Assembly: GCA_051313645.2 (NCBI GenBank)
Contig: JBNRSN020000001.1
Location: 174,158,001-174,222,000, forward strand
DNA from: Centroscyllium fabricii
Lineage: Eukaryota
Direction: 5' to 3'
DNA length: 64,000 nucleotides
Shown here: positions 12,323 through 25,065 of the stretch, piece by piece
Layout of the letters: every line of letters starts with the position of its first letter
Position numbering within the stretch: the stretch's first letter is position 1
Notes under the pieces: generated by a model
What the model saw: the letters and a program-made list of their open reading frames with translations, nothing else
Databases searched by the model: none
What the model was told of the DNA's origin: nothing
Translations under genes and position numbers: made by a program

Positions 12323-12903
12323 CAGGTACACAATCCCTTATCCGCAACTCCGAAAACCAAAAGGTTTTTCGGAGTGTCACATGACCCGAGTTGTGTCAAA
12401 CAAGGATGAGGATTTTAATTTCAAGATGTTGCTGGACCTGAACAATGGGCTGAATGGTGTCCTACTAAGTGTTAATCATGTCTTGCTTGGAACAAAAGCT
12501 TCCAGCTTTCAACCCTCAATTTGCCCTTCATTAATTTTGAACTGGTTCTATTTTCGTGGCATCATTTGAATGAATGTTCGAATTGACTTTTTTTGGGCAC
12601 TGTTTTAGTATTGTATACCTGTATAGGGTTTCCTCTCAGGCCAAAGAAAATATTTAATCCTCTGATGATAGATATTAGCCTTGTGGGATGTTGGATGCCT
12701 CATGGCTTTGTTCTGCAGCACTTCCAGAGCTTGAGTGGTTCCCTTGTGTTATTTATGAAAGAAGCAGATGAAGAGCCGTTTTGTGCCTGCGCATTGGGCC
12801 GCCAACAAACTACTGCACATGCGCACTGGGCACCATTCCGAAAACCGAAAAAATCCGAGACGCGTCCGGCCCCAAGGGTTTCATATAAACGATTGTGTAC
12901 CTG
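12323..12903. mobile_element. Tigger/pogo-type MITE (family T2), copy 1
   Basis: TA|CAGGTACACAATCCCTTATCCG ... GATTGTGTACCTG|TA. Confidence 0.8.
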
Positions 12904-13333
12904 TATTTAGGATTCCACTTTGCGTCTGTCACTTTGCAAGACTGATGTCTGCTATGCCTGAGACTTTTGTCAACATGCTAGGCTATTGGAGAGTTATTCA
13001 CAAATAGCTACAGACAAAAGCAAGCAGTATAAGCAAGATATTGAAGCATGGAATAAAGCAACCGATGTCTAAGTGAAGTTTGCAAGGGGCTAATTAATCA
13101 AACAGATCAGTCAGACAAGTTCCTGTAAATCCTTACCCAACCCATGATGGACTTCTAAAAAGGAAATAACCAATCTTGTTCTTCAATGAAAACTGAAAAC
13201 AATTTTAGTAAGTATTATGTAATGCTAATGTATGCCTTTGTAAGCTCATGGAGCCTAATTTATTTACACGTGTCATGGCAAGATAAACTGAACTGCTGGT
13301 ACATGAAATGTGCTGTCCTTTGACAAATAGGTA

Positions 13334-14220
13334 CAGGTACACAATCCGTTATCCGAAACCCTTGGGACCGGACGGCTCTAGGATTTCGGATTTTTTCAGT
13401 TTTCAGAATGGTGCCCCACTCGGAGATGCCCGGCCACTGCACACATGTTGGGCTGAATTTTGCCGGCACTCAGACGGCGGGTTTGGAGGCGGGTCCGCTG
13501 CCAAAATCAAAAAGATTGACAGCGGACTGGTATCCCGCTCTGAATCGGCCTCGACAGCGGGCCGGTATTTCGCTCTGAACGCGTCTCCTTAACAACGGGC
13601 CGATATTTCGCTCTGAACCCGTCTCCTTAACAACGGGCTGGTATCCCGCTCTGAACCCAACTCCTTGACAGTTTCCCCAAGTGCAGTTTCTACCTGTGCT
13701 TTGCAGACACGGCACTAAGCGGTGTACCATGCAATTGTGCTTGTTAGGGGGGCGGTGTTTAAAGCAATCAAATCCCTATTTTCTCAGCTCCAAAGCATTT
13801 TGCCAAGTTTTCTACGAGGTTCCTGTTGCTCAGGGATCATGCCAGGTAAGTATGTCGTGCTCTAAACAACTCTGCATTTCTTTCAATAGGTGACCGCTGC
13901 AAAAGTGGTTTAAATTCTGCCATTTTACAGTTGGTCAGTTTCCAAACTCAGAAGCGTAGATCACATGCGCATTGCCGTGTTGGCGTCCCAGTGCGCAGGC
14001 TGAAACGGTAGGAGATTGTGGGCTCGGGGAGGAATTGGACCCGCGGGTCCATTTTGTAAAATGGTTATGCTGTTCAATCTTAATTTAACTTTTATGACTC
14101 GATTATAATGAATTAGCTTTCAAAACGGGTCAGGTTTGGCACAATTTGGGTCATGTGACGCTCCGAAAAAAACTTGAGGTTTTCGGTTTTCGGAGTTGCG
14201 GATAAAGGATTGTGTGCCTG
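13334..14220. mobile_element. Tigger/pogo-type MITE (family T2), copy 2, inverted relative to copy 1
   Basis: TA|CAGGTACACAATCCGTTATCCG ... CGGATAAAGGATTGTGTGCCTG|TA; internal ~35-40-bp tandem repeats at 13525-13670. Confidence 0.8.
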
Positions 14221-14371
14221 TACTGCCTTTAAAGGTTGGCTGAACAGTATCACAGCATTTACAAGCTATAAGCATACAGGTATGTGGATTATTACAGGAG
14301 GTGTTTGAGCAATGTAAATATACACCATTGGGCTTTGCCAATTTTGACACAATTTTAGCCCACAATTGAAG

Positions 14372-14812
14372 AAAGAACTTGTATTTATGTAGTGCCTTTC
14401 ACGACCTCGGAGTCTCCCTTTGCACATCATAGCCAATTAAGTATTTTTGAAGTGTACTCACAGTTGTAATATAAGGAACTGCAGCAGCCAATTTGCATGC
14501 AGCAGGGTCCCACAAACAGCAATGCGATAAGTAACCAGATAATCTGTTTTTAGTGATGTTGGTTGAGGGATAAATATTGATCAGAACATTTGAAGAACAT
14601 TCCTGCACTGTGAATAGTGCCATGGGATCTTTTATGCTCACTTGAGAAGGCAGATGGGGCCCTCAGTTTAACGTATCATCCTAAAGGCAGCACCTCTGAC
14701 CGTGCAGCATGCCTTCCATATTACATTGAAGTGTCAGCCGAGATTATGCGCTCAAGTCTCTGGTGTGACCTTCTGACTCGGGCAAGCACTACCACTGAGC
14801 CAAGGCTGACAT
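14372..14812 (-). mobile_element. SacSINE1-like DeuSINE
   Basis: L2-type tail (gaaagaacttgtatttatgtagtgcctttcac) and body homologous to 28720-29165 and to the SINE at 9255-9935. Confidence 0.7.
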
Positions 14813-17109
14813 CTGGCAATAGTCATTTGATATGTTCCATTCACCGAGCACCTTTAAATTAATTGATTTATTTTTGATCAAGAGCACTTTTCTTGTAGCC
14901 CTACTATCAATATATTAACATTTCAACAACTTTGTCCATTTCAAAGAGGTACTGTTTCAGTAACCCAGACATTTTGTCTACTGTATGACCTCCGTTTTGA
15001 GTGGGTGTTTGCTATTCTAGGCTAACTGGGAAAAAAAGAAGCTGTGGACAATAAGATTTTTGTCACAATGATCATCAGGTTTATTATGTAAATCAGCACA
15101 AATTAGCATGATAGTTTTAATCTCTTAGGGGAAAAAAGGTGCTTCATTGGCAACTTCGAAGATGTTCCAGGTCTCATGATCTACAGTCACTGAACAATAA
15201 ATGAACAACTGGAAAATAAAACTCAAGAATTTCTCCAGTTGTACTGAAGAATAGCTTTCTTAATGACTGAAGAGAAATGCTATCTATATAATGTACACAT
15301 TAATATTGAAAGCAGAAGTGTGTACAACTTTTGCCATATAGTAAAATCCTATTTGTGTATGCCAGAAGTCACAGCTAAATCCAAAGAAGTAAAGGAAGTA
15401 GAGAAAAGTAAGTAGGGTATTGTGGTATTGTTCATTTTTCCCTTTTGTAGTAGGTTATTTAATTAGTAGAACTCTTCTGTAATTAACACTGGCACATTTG
15501 ACCACTGACGTCGATATTGACTATTCAGATATGTCAGTTGTTTTCGGTAAGGTGTGGCTGGTTGGACTGCTCTGATTTATAGAAAGTGGGTTAATATTTG
15601 CTGGAGTGTGGGGACCTTTATGTTGTTCCCTGTACTGCATTTTTGTACAGGAGCAGTTTCAGTGGACCAAATAATTCTTGGCTTTTCTTGACCTGAAGAC
15701 AAAAGTGACAATTTTACTGAAATAAACCAATTGTAGCAATATAACAATATTTCACGTTAAAGGCCATTTGGTGAGGTCCGAGGCTATAGCTCCAGAACCA
15801 ATGATGGTCCCTGCTGTGTAAATGCATTTTGTGTCACAAATCAAAACGTTAACTAGGAACTTTTGGGGAGGAAGGGTGCTTTATTGCCATTTTAGGCATT
15901 TTTACAGTCAAGTAACTGATTCTTTCACATGTACTGTGCTTACTGGTCTCTTTAACCAGTGATTTTCTTTATAACGGCTGGTTAATTATGAGAATGCTTG
16001 TGATAAACTTAAAAACTTTTGGTCACATCTTTTAACCAACCTGAAATCTTAATTTGATTTCCAGTTTACAATAGCATCCTATTTATTTTAAAATGCTTGC
16101 ATAGGCACGTTGTTGATCCTGGTTGGGCACTGGTAGTGGTCATGAGTTGTGATCCACTTCGGGAATAGACAAAAGTGACAGGGGTGCCAGCTCGATGTTG
16201 GATAAAAGCACTTGAGGGGAGTAATGAAATGAAGACCAGTAACCTCGGTGTGCATTCATCTCCACCTCCATCTACCTTTTCCCCTCTGCAGCTGCTCCAA
16301 TTCAAGGTAGTGTCAAAAGTCTCCTCAAACCTTTTCGACCAAGCTTTGTTACCCCTTCCAATCTCCATCTCCACGGTTTGGCATCAGTTTTCCTGACTAT
16401 ACACACATTTATGAAACGACTTGGGACTCCTCTCCCTCCTCTCTTTCCTCCCCCCCCCCCCCCCCCCCCCCCCACCACCACGTTAAAAATGTTAAATAAA
16501 TGCAAGTTTGTGTTACTGCATTATGGGCCAAAAAGGGTAGAGATTGTATCTTCAGAAATATGTGGTACAAGAAAAACAATGATTGAATCAGAGTCTAAAG
16601 CAAGTAATATTTACATAAATATCACCAAGAAATATCCAAATTAAAAAGCAGAGCCAGCAGGACTGAAGCAGAAATAACCATCCGAGTGGATTTTGTGTAA
16701 TCATTTTCCTGGTACTGTATGCGGGGAATCCCTTGCAAATTTTGGCTTACTTCAGCAGTTCTAGATCTCGGACACCAGCACAATCTCAGAATTTCTAGGT
16801 TAAAAATGTTGTGATTGAGGAAATTAATAAAGCAAATTGTAGCCATTGGTGAGTATTTCTTTGATTATATGGAAACTAAATCAAACTAAAGTAGGATTTA
16901 AAAAAAATGTTTTGAACTTTAATAGATTTTACCTACTACCAATTCTCAGCACAGTCCCTTAACTGAAGATGAAGCAACTGTTACAGACCCATACAAAAAC
17001 ACTGGCTATAAATCCCATAGAAGGGGTATTGATTCATCAGATTCATGTACATTTTTAGATACTGAATGTTTTAATACACTCTTTTTAAACTGGAATGTAC
17101 AAAAGAGTT

Positions 17110-17335
17110 CCTTCACCTCCTCATTGGCAACTGTGCTTTCAACCTCCTAGATCTTATGCTCTGGAGTTCTCGGTGTAACCACTTACCACCTCCCTCACCT
17201 CCTTTTAAGACCCTCCTTAAAACCCAGCTCTTGATTTTGGTCACCCCTCCTAATATCTCTTTCTACAGCTCAGTACTATTGTTTTGATTACACCTCTGAA
17301 ATGCCTTGGGTGTTTTCTATATTAAAGGTGCTATG
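17110..17335 (+). mobile_element. Degenerate L2 LINE 3' end
   Basis: ...ccttttaagaccctccttaaaacccagctcttga...gccttggg...attaaaggtgctatgt, a typical L2 tail. Confidence 0.5.
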
Positions 17336-18254
17336 TGCTATTAAAGGGGTCTGTTGTTGAACGGCAAAGCATAAATCCAGCCCTTACAAGAATTGTGAAA
17401 CAAATACATTTTCTGGTCATCCCTGGAATTCTGAAGTAAAAATTAATTTAGTAGAAAAACAGAGGTTATTTGTGCATCTGTACAAGAGATTAACACTCCA
17501 CTGTGGCATGGAGCCATAGCACACAGCACAATAATAATCTGTGGCACTAGAATTCCCAGATTGAACATTAGAAATAATTTAAGTTCCTGTATTGTCTCAT
17601 ATGCTGCCAGAGAACAGTTCTGGAATTCCACAGCCTCCATACATGTTACTGCTAAAATCATGATGGAATAGAAGCGGATGAGTATTCCCAAGTTTTTGTT
17701 GGTTTTTGTTCCTTACCCTGCAGGATCAAGGTAATGTCAGAAAGCAAGGCTGAACCCTATCCAGGATTTGCAAGTTTAAATTCCAAAATCTAGATGCACA
17801 ATAAATATTCAGGATTGCAAACTCTAGTCCTTGGGAATCTCCGAACTACAAAAAGACAGCATCAGATACTTCGAAATAAAACAGTAGTACATAGCATTTC
17901 TAAATATTTTTAAAAAGTACCCATAAATTTAAACACTTGTGCAATATCCAACAGTTAAGTGGCATTATCAGGGGCCAACTGTCACCTTGCTCTGACTAAT
18001 TGACTACAAGCTGGACTGAAAAAGGCATCCATGGGAAGAGTTACATAATAAAAGTACAAAGAAAATTATTTCATGGGTTACATCATCGATGCAAGTGGTA
18101 CATACTGTAATGCAAATGTCCATAATTTTCTTAAAATGATTACCTACATGCATGTCCTTGACTTGGACAGGTTGGCAAGAAATTACTTTCTATACTCTCC
18201 GATGAAAATCACACAAATAAAGATAGTGAAATAAATCACATGCTCATTTTACTG

Positions 18255-18490
18255 TGTGGTAATCACGTATAACCACTGTATATAGTTGCCGGTTTACCTG
18301 TGTAGTATTGTAGGCCAGGTCAGCCACACCCCTAACTCCTCCCCTCAGGTCGGAGTATATAGGTGAGGCTGCCCTGCCCCCGCTCATTCTTCACCTTGAC
18401 CTCATCAGGAGACCAGCTCCATTCTTAGTTAATAAAAGCCTGTAGTTTAGGTAACTACTCGTCTTTGTGTGATTAACTGACGATACGTCA
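18255..18490 (+). mobile_element. Solo LTR related to the Gypsy element at 54058-56258
   Basis: TG...CA ends, flanks TACTG/TAATG (5-bp TSD, 1 mismatch), TATA-like gtatata, and tcttagttaataaaagcct matching tctttgttaataaaagcct in the other LTR. Confidence 0.65.
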
Positions 18491-18659
18491 TAATGTAAAA
18501 GTGTTCAACAGAAAAACAAATTAAAAACTGCAAAAGTCTTCACATTCAAGATTCTGATGTTCGCCATTTTCTCCTTCTCCCAAAACTGAACTATTTATTA
18601 ACCAAGAGGTTAAACATTTACAAGACCTGTCAATACTGAGAGAATTGTTATCTTAGGAC

Positions 18660-18878
18660 CATCTCACACACATACTCATGGGCAATTTTTAGTATCTCCA
18701 ATTCACCTAACCTGCATATCTTTGGGTGGTGGGAGGAAACCGGAGTACCCGGAGGAAACCCACACGAACACGGGGAGAACATGCAAACTCCACGCAGAGG
18801 TGTTCCGGGCCAAGCAGGATTCGAACCCAGGAGCTCCTTATTGCGAGGCAGCAGTGCTAACCACTGCGCCATCGTGTC
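18660..18878 (-). mobile_element. HE1/V-SINE (tRNA-derived), 5' portion
   Basis: A box TGGCGCAGTGG and B box GGTTCGAATCC on the minus strand; V-domain tttgcatgttctccccgtgttcgtgtgggtttcctccggg. Confidence 0.85.
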
Positions 18879-21059
18879 AGCACTTAAGACAACAATATTG
18901 ATTTTAAAACTGAGAATGACAAGGAAGGTTGTAGCAGAGAAATTGTAGGTTTGAACTGCGAGAACAGCTGTATATCAGGCATGCTTTTTTTTAGATCCTA
19001 TTCAGAGTCTGAGGGAATCTTCCCAGTTATAGTCTTGGATTAAGAATTGAGTTCTTCAGTGGAAATGAAGTGTTTGGCACAAAAGAAGAAACTGAGTTTC
19101 TTGAAAGCAATTTTAGCAGCGGCCTGATTCTTGGAGGGCTCATAAAATTGTCTATCACTCTTCTCCAAATATTCGAAATATCCAATTTTTAGATGGAGGT
19201 GTGGCAGGGACCAGTAGTTTAATTATTAAAATTAAATTGTTAAGTGTATTCACGCCTTTCTTTGGCTTAGCGTCCAATTTCTTCCTTGTGCTTCCTCTGT
19301 GAAGTGCCTTGGGAAGGTTTTTTACATTAAAGGTGCTTTATGAATGGAAGTTGTTTTCCAAATGATGATTGTGGGCTGGCAGAGTTTTGTTCACTCTTTT
19401 GCCAAGCTGGATTATTGACGTACCCTCTTATGGTCTCTTCTCACACTGTGTTTCCAACTTTGAAAGGGAGAGGAGGGTAAATTAATATATTTTTTTCAAT
19501 ATCCCAATTTTAAGTTGCATTTCCACTTGCATAGAACTCTTTTTTTTGGCTCTTTAAAGATTGTGACCTTGTTGCTTAAATTATTAAATGTGGCTGCTCG
19601 AATGCTGTGAACTCCCATGGTACTAGGGGGAAAAATACTTCACATGAATGTCATGGGAGGCATCAAAGTGCTCTTTGTACTCCAGAGTTGCTGTGTGGAA
19701 AGTGATTGTTAAAAATGTATGTGGAATATACAAGGAAAAACTTTGAAGCTGTAATACTAAACTTGGTCAGTTCTATTCTGAATATTTCAGGGCAAAATAT
19801 GAAGGAAATTGCACATTTGCTTTTTAATTTTTTATCAGTTATTTTTAGATTTCAAAGTTGACTATTAAAGCACAATTTGTGAAGCATTTTACACGAAGGG
19901 AATTTAGATTTACATCCATGCTCTAGATCAAAACATGGATTTAGAAGTGCATCTGTGGTGACATTCCCATGCAAATAAAATATACAGGATGGTATAAGGT
20001 TTGAAAATATCAATGCTGTATTTATTTTTTGAGACATATTTACAAATTCAGTGCAATTTATAAAAAAAAAAAAAAAAAGCTGCTTGTACAGAGACAATCT
20101 TGAATGTTTCCATAATGATGTAACTGATTTAGTAATGTTGATGGATTTTTTTTTTGAAGATGTCAATTATTATATGAATCAAACTGTTGTGATTAAGTGT
20201 ATTGATAGTTAATACAAATGCTTAAACTGTTAAAACAACAAAAAATCTGTAGTTTTTTATTATAATAAATATTACTGGTTTGATTGGGGATACAGAAGTA
20301 CCCTGTACAAGCAGTTCAGTTTGTTTTAGCAGGCTATCTGTTTGACCTCAAGTTTCAAATGTAAATATCATCCAGTGTGCAGATATTCATGTGATGCTTT
20401 TTTGTTCTTTTGAAAAAGATGACATTTGTGCTGATGCCAAATTAGCTTGCTGCCAATTTTACATTAGAGGTGTAATGGTCTAGCAAGCTGGTTAAAATAA
20501 AATCTCAGTTTAATTCTTTTGGAATGGTGCCATATTCTCAAGGACAAAACAATATTTTTAAAACTGGCCAGTGAATGTAAAATTAGGAGGCGTAAGGGGG
20601 AAAAAATTGTCATCTGTCCAAGATTAATCAATATAAATGTCATGAATGCTACATTTCTAAATCCATGTTTTAATTAATTAAGGAAAAAGTACTGTACAAT
20701 ACAAAGCAGAGTTCTGTTTGTAATGTGTAAAATCACAACATTGAATAATTCCAGTGTTTACAGTCTAACATTTTAGGAATAGGTTATATGAATATAATGC
20801 ATTATCTTGGCTAGATTTTTACTTCAGTGTTGATGCTGCCACTTTTTGGCATTATCACATTGCAGTTGATGACAGCAGGTAATATGTTACTACCTGTATT
20901 AACATACATGAATATTTATGCAGCTGTTTGCAAGAAATGGGTATCATCAACCAGGCCTTGCTACTGCAGGTCATTCTGGGTTCTTATGACTAGGGTTCTA
21001 CCAGAAAATCTAAAACACACCGAAGTACCTCAATTTATGTTTGATTACAGAAACTAATA

Positions 21060-21588
21060 CAGGTACACAATCCCTTATCTGCAACTCCAAAAACCGAAAA
21101 GCTCCAAAAACCGAAGTTTTTCTTCAATTTATTTAAGAAAAAAATGATTTAAGCTGCAGCAGAAAAAACACGTTCCTACCGCGATTTCGTGCTGTTGATG
21201 CCGTGCTGAGGAAAAAAACGGCTCATCTCCTCCTGCAAACGGCCGGTCTCCCTCCTGCAAACGGCCGGTCTCCCTCCTGCAAACGGCCGGTCTCCCTCCT
21301 GCAAACGGCCGGTCTCTCCCTCCTGCAAATGGCCGGTCTCCCCCCCCCCCCCCCCCTGCAAGCGGCCGGTCTCCCTCCTGCAAACGGTCCGTCTCCCCCC
21401 CCCGTCCCCCCCCCCCCCCCTGCAAGCGGCCGGTCTCTCCCGCTTCAAACGACCGATATGCCGTTCCCCAACCGCGAGCTGGGCCGGAAACACGGAAAAG
21501 CGCATGCGCACTGGGGCCAACTCTCAAAACCGTATTTAACCGAAACCCGCCCGGTCCCGAGGTTTTCGGATAAAGGGTTGTGTACCTG
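21060..21588. mobile_element. Tigger/pogo-type MITE (family T2), copy 3, with internal ~23-bp minisatellite
   Basis: TA|CAGGTACACAATCCCTTATC ... GATAAAGGGTTGTGTACCTG|TA; (cctcctgcaaacggccggtctc)n at 21228-21440. Confidence 0.85.
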
Positions 21589-21913
21589 TACAACTATCAT
21601 CCTAATTACTTCAAAATTTGTTGTAAATTTCACTATTGTGTTTAACATAAGGTTGCTGATGCTAGTGTCGACATGTTCAGGAAATCCAAATTTGTTACAA
21701 TTGTAAATTAGTGTTTAGGTCATGGGTTCATAACCAATATTGTGACTTCAGAAATATTGAAATGTCATAATATTGCCAATTAATAGTTTATCACGGAGGT
21801 CTACAACATCTGATTGCCAGTGAGCACTTTTGCGAGAGGAAAGGAGTTTATTAAAAGAAAGAAGGTTAACAAATAAATGACATACAGCAGAGCAAGGCTT
21901 AACTGAAATACAT

Positions 21914-22019
21914 AATGTGGAGGTGCCGGTGTTGGACTGGGGTGGACAAATGCAAGAAGTCACACAACACCAGATTATAGTCCAACGGTTTTATTTTAAA
22001 TCACAAGCTTTCGGAGCGT
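21914..22019 (-). mobile_element. Penelope-like 3' terminal insertion (family A), no inverted arm
   Basis: Same terminus as 23692/26619/27646/57135; TSD CTGAAATACAT (11 bp). Confidence 0.75.
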
Positions 22020-22559
22020 CTGAAATACATTGACTGCAATGTACGTTTTACAGGGCAAGTCTCTTTTTGTTTACCTGGGGTGGAAAAGACCTCCAACGAA
22101 CTTGCTCAAGGTCTCCAGATTCTTCAGTTGTCATGGCATTGTTTTCAGAAAATTTGAATATTTTCATTTAGATTCAATGAATTCTTTTACACAAGCTTTA
22201 AAAAGAAACCCAGCAATTTATGTGCATTAGTTTAAGTTGCAGCTTACAGACCGTCCTTTTGTAAAACTTCAGGCCTTCACTGCTTGTTCTTAAATCCTGT
22301 TTGCTACATTGCTTCCAGTCACTCTAGAAGTTGTGTGTATTGCATTTGCCACAGATTATTTTATGGCAAAGTATGTGTAATATTGAAATGTACAATTAAA
22401 AGAGAGAGACTAGGATATTGAACAAATTGCATATGAGCAGAGGAAAATGTTGGATAGGGGAAAAACAGCTGTCCCATACAGTTGTGCCTTATACATCACT
22501 TGGAGAGACTCTTGACCCCTGAGATTAAAAAAAAGTTTCCTGGGAGAGACAAAAAAAAG

Positions 22560-23560
22560 TTAAGGGTCAATTTGGAAAAGAAAATCTGGCAAATTCCTCT
22601 CCGATCCCTCTAGGTGATCAACACTAATCCAGGAAAGCACATTGACCATAAATTATATTATTTGGTATTTGCTTGATGTGATCTCCGCCCCAGCCAGGAA
22701 CCAGTCCAGCTCTCTGAAGACACACACTACACAAGCCGGCAACCTGTTCCATAGGTCGACTATGGGAAAAGAAGAACCACTTAACTTTGAATCTATTCCT
22801 TCCCTAGTGTAATTTATACACGTGACTCCTGGTCTCCACCAACCTATCTGATTGAAATTATTTGTGCGCATACACATAATCCAAACCCTTCATTATTTTA
22901 GAGACCTCTATCACCCACCACATGTGTCGACTGAAGCTGGACAAATTATTCTAAATGAGGTCTAACCATTTTTTCTTTGTACAAGGCCTTGGTATGTTTT
23001 GTTTCACAATGGATAGTCCTGTGAATGCAGTCCAGCACCGTTTACTTTAGCTATAGCTTTACGGCATTGGCCGTGATTCTTTAGAGAGTTCTGAACTACA
23101 GGCTTTAGTTCTGTACCTTGTAGTATGTGAGTAAGCTTAGCACTAGTCATGTCCACCTGGAAAACACTGCACTTCTCCAAGATAAATACCATTTGCCAAA
23201 TGTGGTACCATTCCTACAACACCTCAATCTATTTGTTGTAGTTTAGTCTCCTACACAGTCCTAACACTTGCACAAATCTTAGTATTACCTGTAAACTTGC
23301 AGATCATTCCCCAATCCCTAACATAGATAGTAAAGCGCAAAGGCCCGAACACCAACCCTGTGGGACACCACTGGTAAGTGGTCTCAAAGGAGTCCTGCAG
23401 CCATTGATGACTTTCTGCCTATGGCATGCAGTCAATTCCTACTTTATCCACTAACAGCGATCCACTAATTCCACAAGATTCTATCTTGTAGTGAGGTATC
23501 TTATTTAATGCTTTCTCAAAATCCAGGTAAGATGTCATCTATCCACTCCTCCATTAACCT
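22560..23560 (-). mobile_element. Old, degenerate CR1 ORF2 fragment
   Basis: Minus-strand peptide remnants VDLWNRLPACVV..ELDWFL and HGQCRKAIAKVN; GVPQG-like stretch near 23360. Confidence 0.6.
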
Positions 23561-23691
23561 GGTGAATTCTTCATGAGGGTAACTAACTATTGTTGCATCT
23601 AGTTTAACTTCCAAGTCCAAAGTTTGTGTCAAATCAACTATCATAGCTTTTCAAATAATATGAATTTGTGGAGCTGTCTCTGATAATATCT

Positions 23692-24040
23692 ATGATGTGG
23701 AGGTGCCGGTGTTGGACTGGGGTGGACAAATGCAAGAAGTCACACAACACCAGATTATAGTCCAACAGTTTTATTTTAAATCACAAGCTTTCGGAGTTTT
23801 TGCCCCTTCGTCAGGTGAAAGAGAGAGACTGACTTGAAGAACGCACATATGGAACGAATATATGTGTGCTCTGTCTAGCTCTGCTAAGGTGAGATGTGGG
23901 CGAGATCGGATTTCTCCCTTCTATGTGCGTTCTTCAAGTCAGTCTCTCTCTTTCACCTGACGAAGGGGCAAAAGCTCCGAAAGCTTATGATTTAAAATAA
24001 AACTGTTGGACTATAATCTGGTGTTGTGTGACTTCTTGCA
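23692..24040. mobile_element. Fold-back Penelope-like insertion (family A) with hammerhead motifs on both strands
   Basis: 119-bp inverted arms (23731-23849 / 23922-24040, 2 mismatches), 39-nt unpaired tail, 13-bp TSD TCTGATAATATCT. Confidence 0.85.
23953..23990 (+). ncRNA. Minimal type I hammerhead ribozyme motif (mirror copy on minus strand 23781-23818)
   Basis: TCAC-CTGACGA-A-GGGGC-AAAA-GCTCC-GAAA-GCT-T-(G/A)TGA: conserved core, stem II, palindromic AGCT stem III, stem I TCAC/GTGA (perfect in the minus copy). Confidence 0.7.
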
Positions 24041-24404
24041 TCTGATAATATCTGGCATTGTAGGACTCAAATTTAGCTCGATGATAATAGAGTAGATGGC
24101 TGATTTTATTTTTAAATCAAAGATGTAGCAATGAGGGGCTATAGATTGTGTTAAAGCTTAACATTACAAACACTGACAATTTCTGTTGTTTTTTTTCCGA
24201 GCTTGAAATCTGCCCCTTCTATTTTTGGTTTAACAAGCTAACCTAGAAACCTAATTAGAATGTGTTGATACTGCAGTGATGGGCCCTGAGACGCAAACTT
24301 TGGTAGAAAGGCATGAATTGTTGAACTTTTACAGATACGATGAGGCATGGACCTTGTATAATTATGATGGAATATAAACACTAAAGATGAAGCAATTTTT
24401 AAGA

Positions 24405-25062
24405 ACATAAACATAAGATCATAAAAAATAGGTGCAGGGATAGGCCACTTGGCCCCTCGAGCCTGCTCTGCCATTCAATAAGATCATGTCTGATCTAGGG
24501 CTCAAAGCCACTTCCCAGCTCACTCTAACCTTTCACTCCCTTATCTTGCAAACATTTGTCTGTCCCCACTTTAAAGTATTTAATGACCCAGCCTCCACAT
24601 CTCTCTGGGGGCAGAGAATTCCACAAATTTACGACCCTCAGCGAAGAAGTTCCTCCTCATCTCAGTTCTAAAAGGGCAACCCTTAGTTTATTCTAAAACT
24701 ATGCCCCCAAGTTCTAGATTTTCCCCATGAGGGGAAACACCCTCTCTGCATCTACCCTGTTGAGCCCCCTCAGCATCTTGTATGTTTCGATAAGATCACC
24801 TCTCATTCATCTAAATTCCAATGAGTATAGGCCCAGCCTGCTCAACCTTTCCTCATAAGTCAACCCCCTCATCTCTGGAATTAACCTAGTGAATCGTCTC
24901 TGAACTGTCTCCAATGCAAGTATATCCTTCCTTAAATAAGGAGACCAAAACTGTACGCAGCACTCGAGGTGTGGTCTCACCAATACCCTGTACAGTTCTA
25001 GCAGGACTTCCCAGCTTTTATACTCCAACCCCCTTGAAATAGAGGCCAACATTCCATTTGCC
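24405..25062 (-). mobile_element. CR1 LINE 3' fragment
   Basis: ORF 24807-25052 LLELYRVLVRPHLECCVQFWSPYLRKDILALETVQRRFTRLIP; CR1 tail at 24405-24490. Confidence 0.9.
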
Positions 25063-25065
25063 TTG

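Noticed and set aside
15100-15420. Possible ancient hAT transposase remnant
   Set aside because: Only a vague resemblance to the hAT dimerisation motif, many stops; not supportable by eye.
18820-18878. tRNA genes (A/B boxes here and at 25066, 37170, 46370, 53480)
   Set aside because: They are heads of HE1/V-SINEs followed by V-domain and CR1 tail; no complete cloverleaf.
21129-21706. 154-167-aa GC-rich ORFs (also 8625-9113, 41157-41594)
   Set aside because: They arise from MITE-internal tandem repeats and GC richness.
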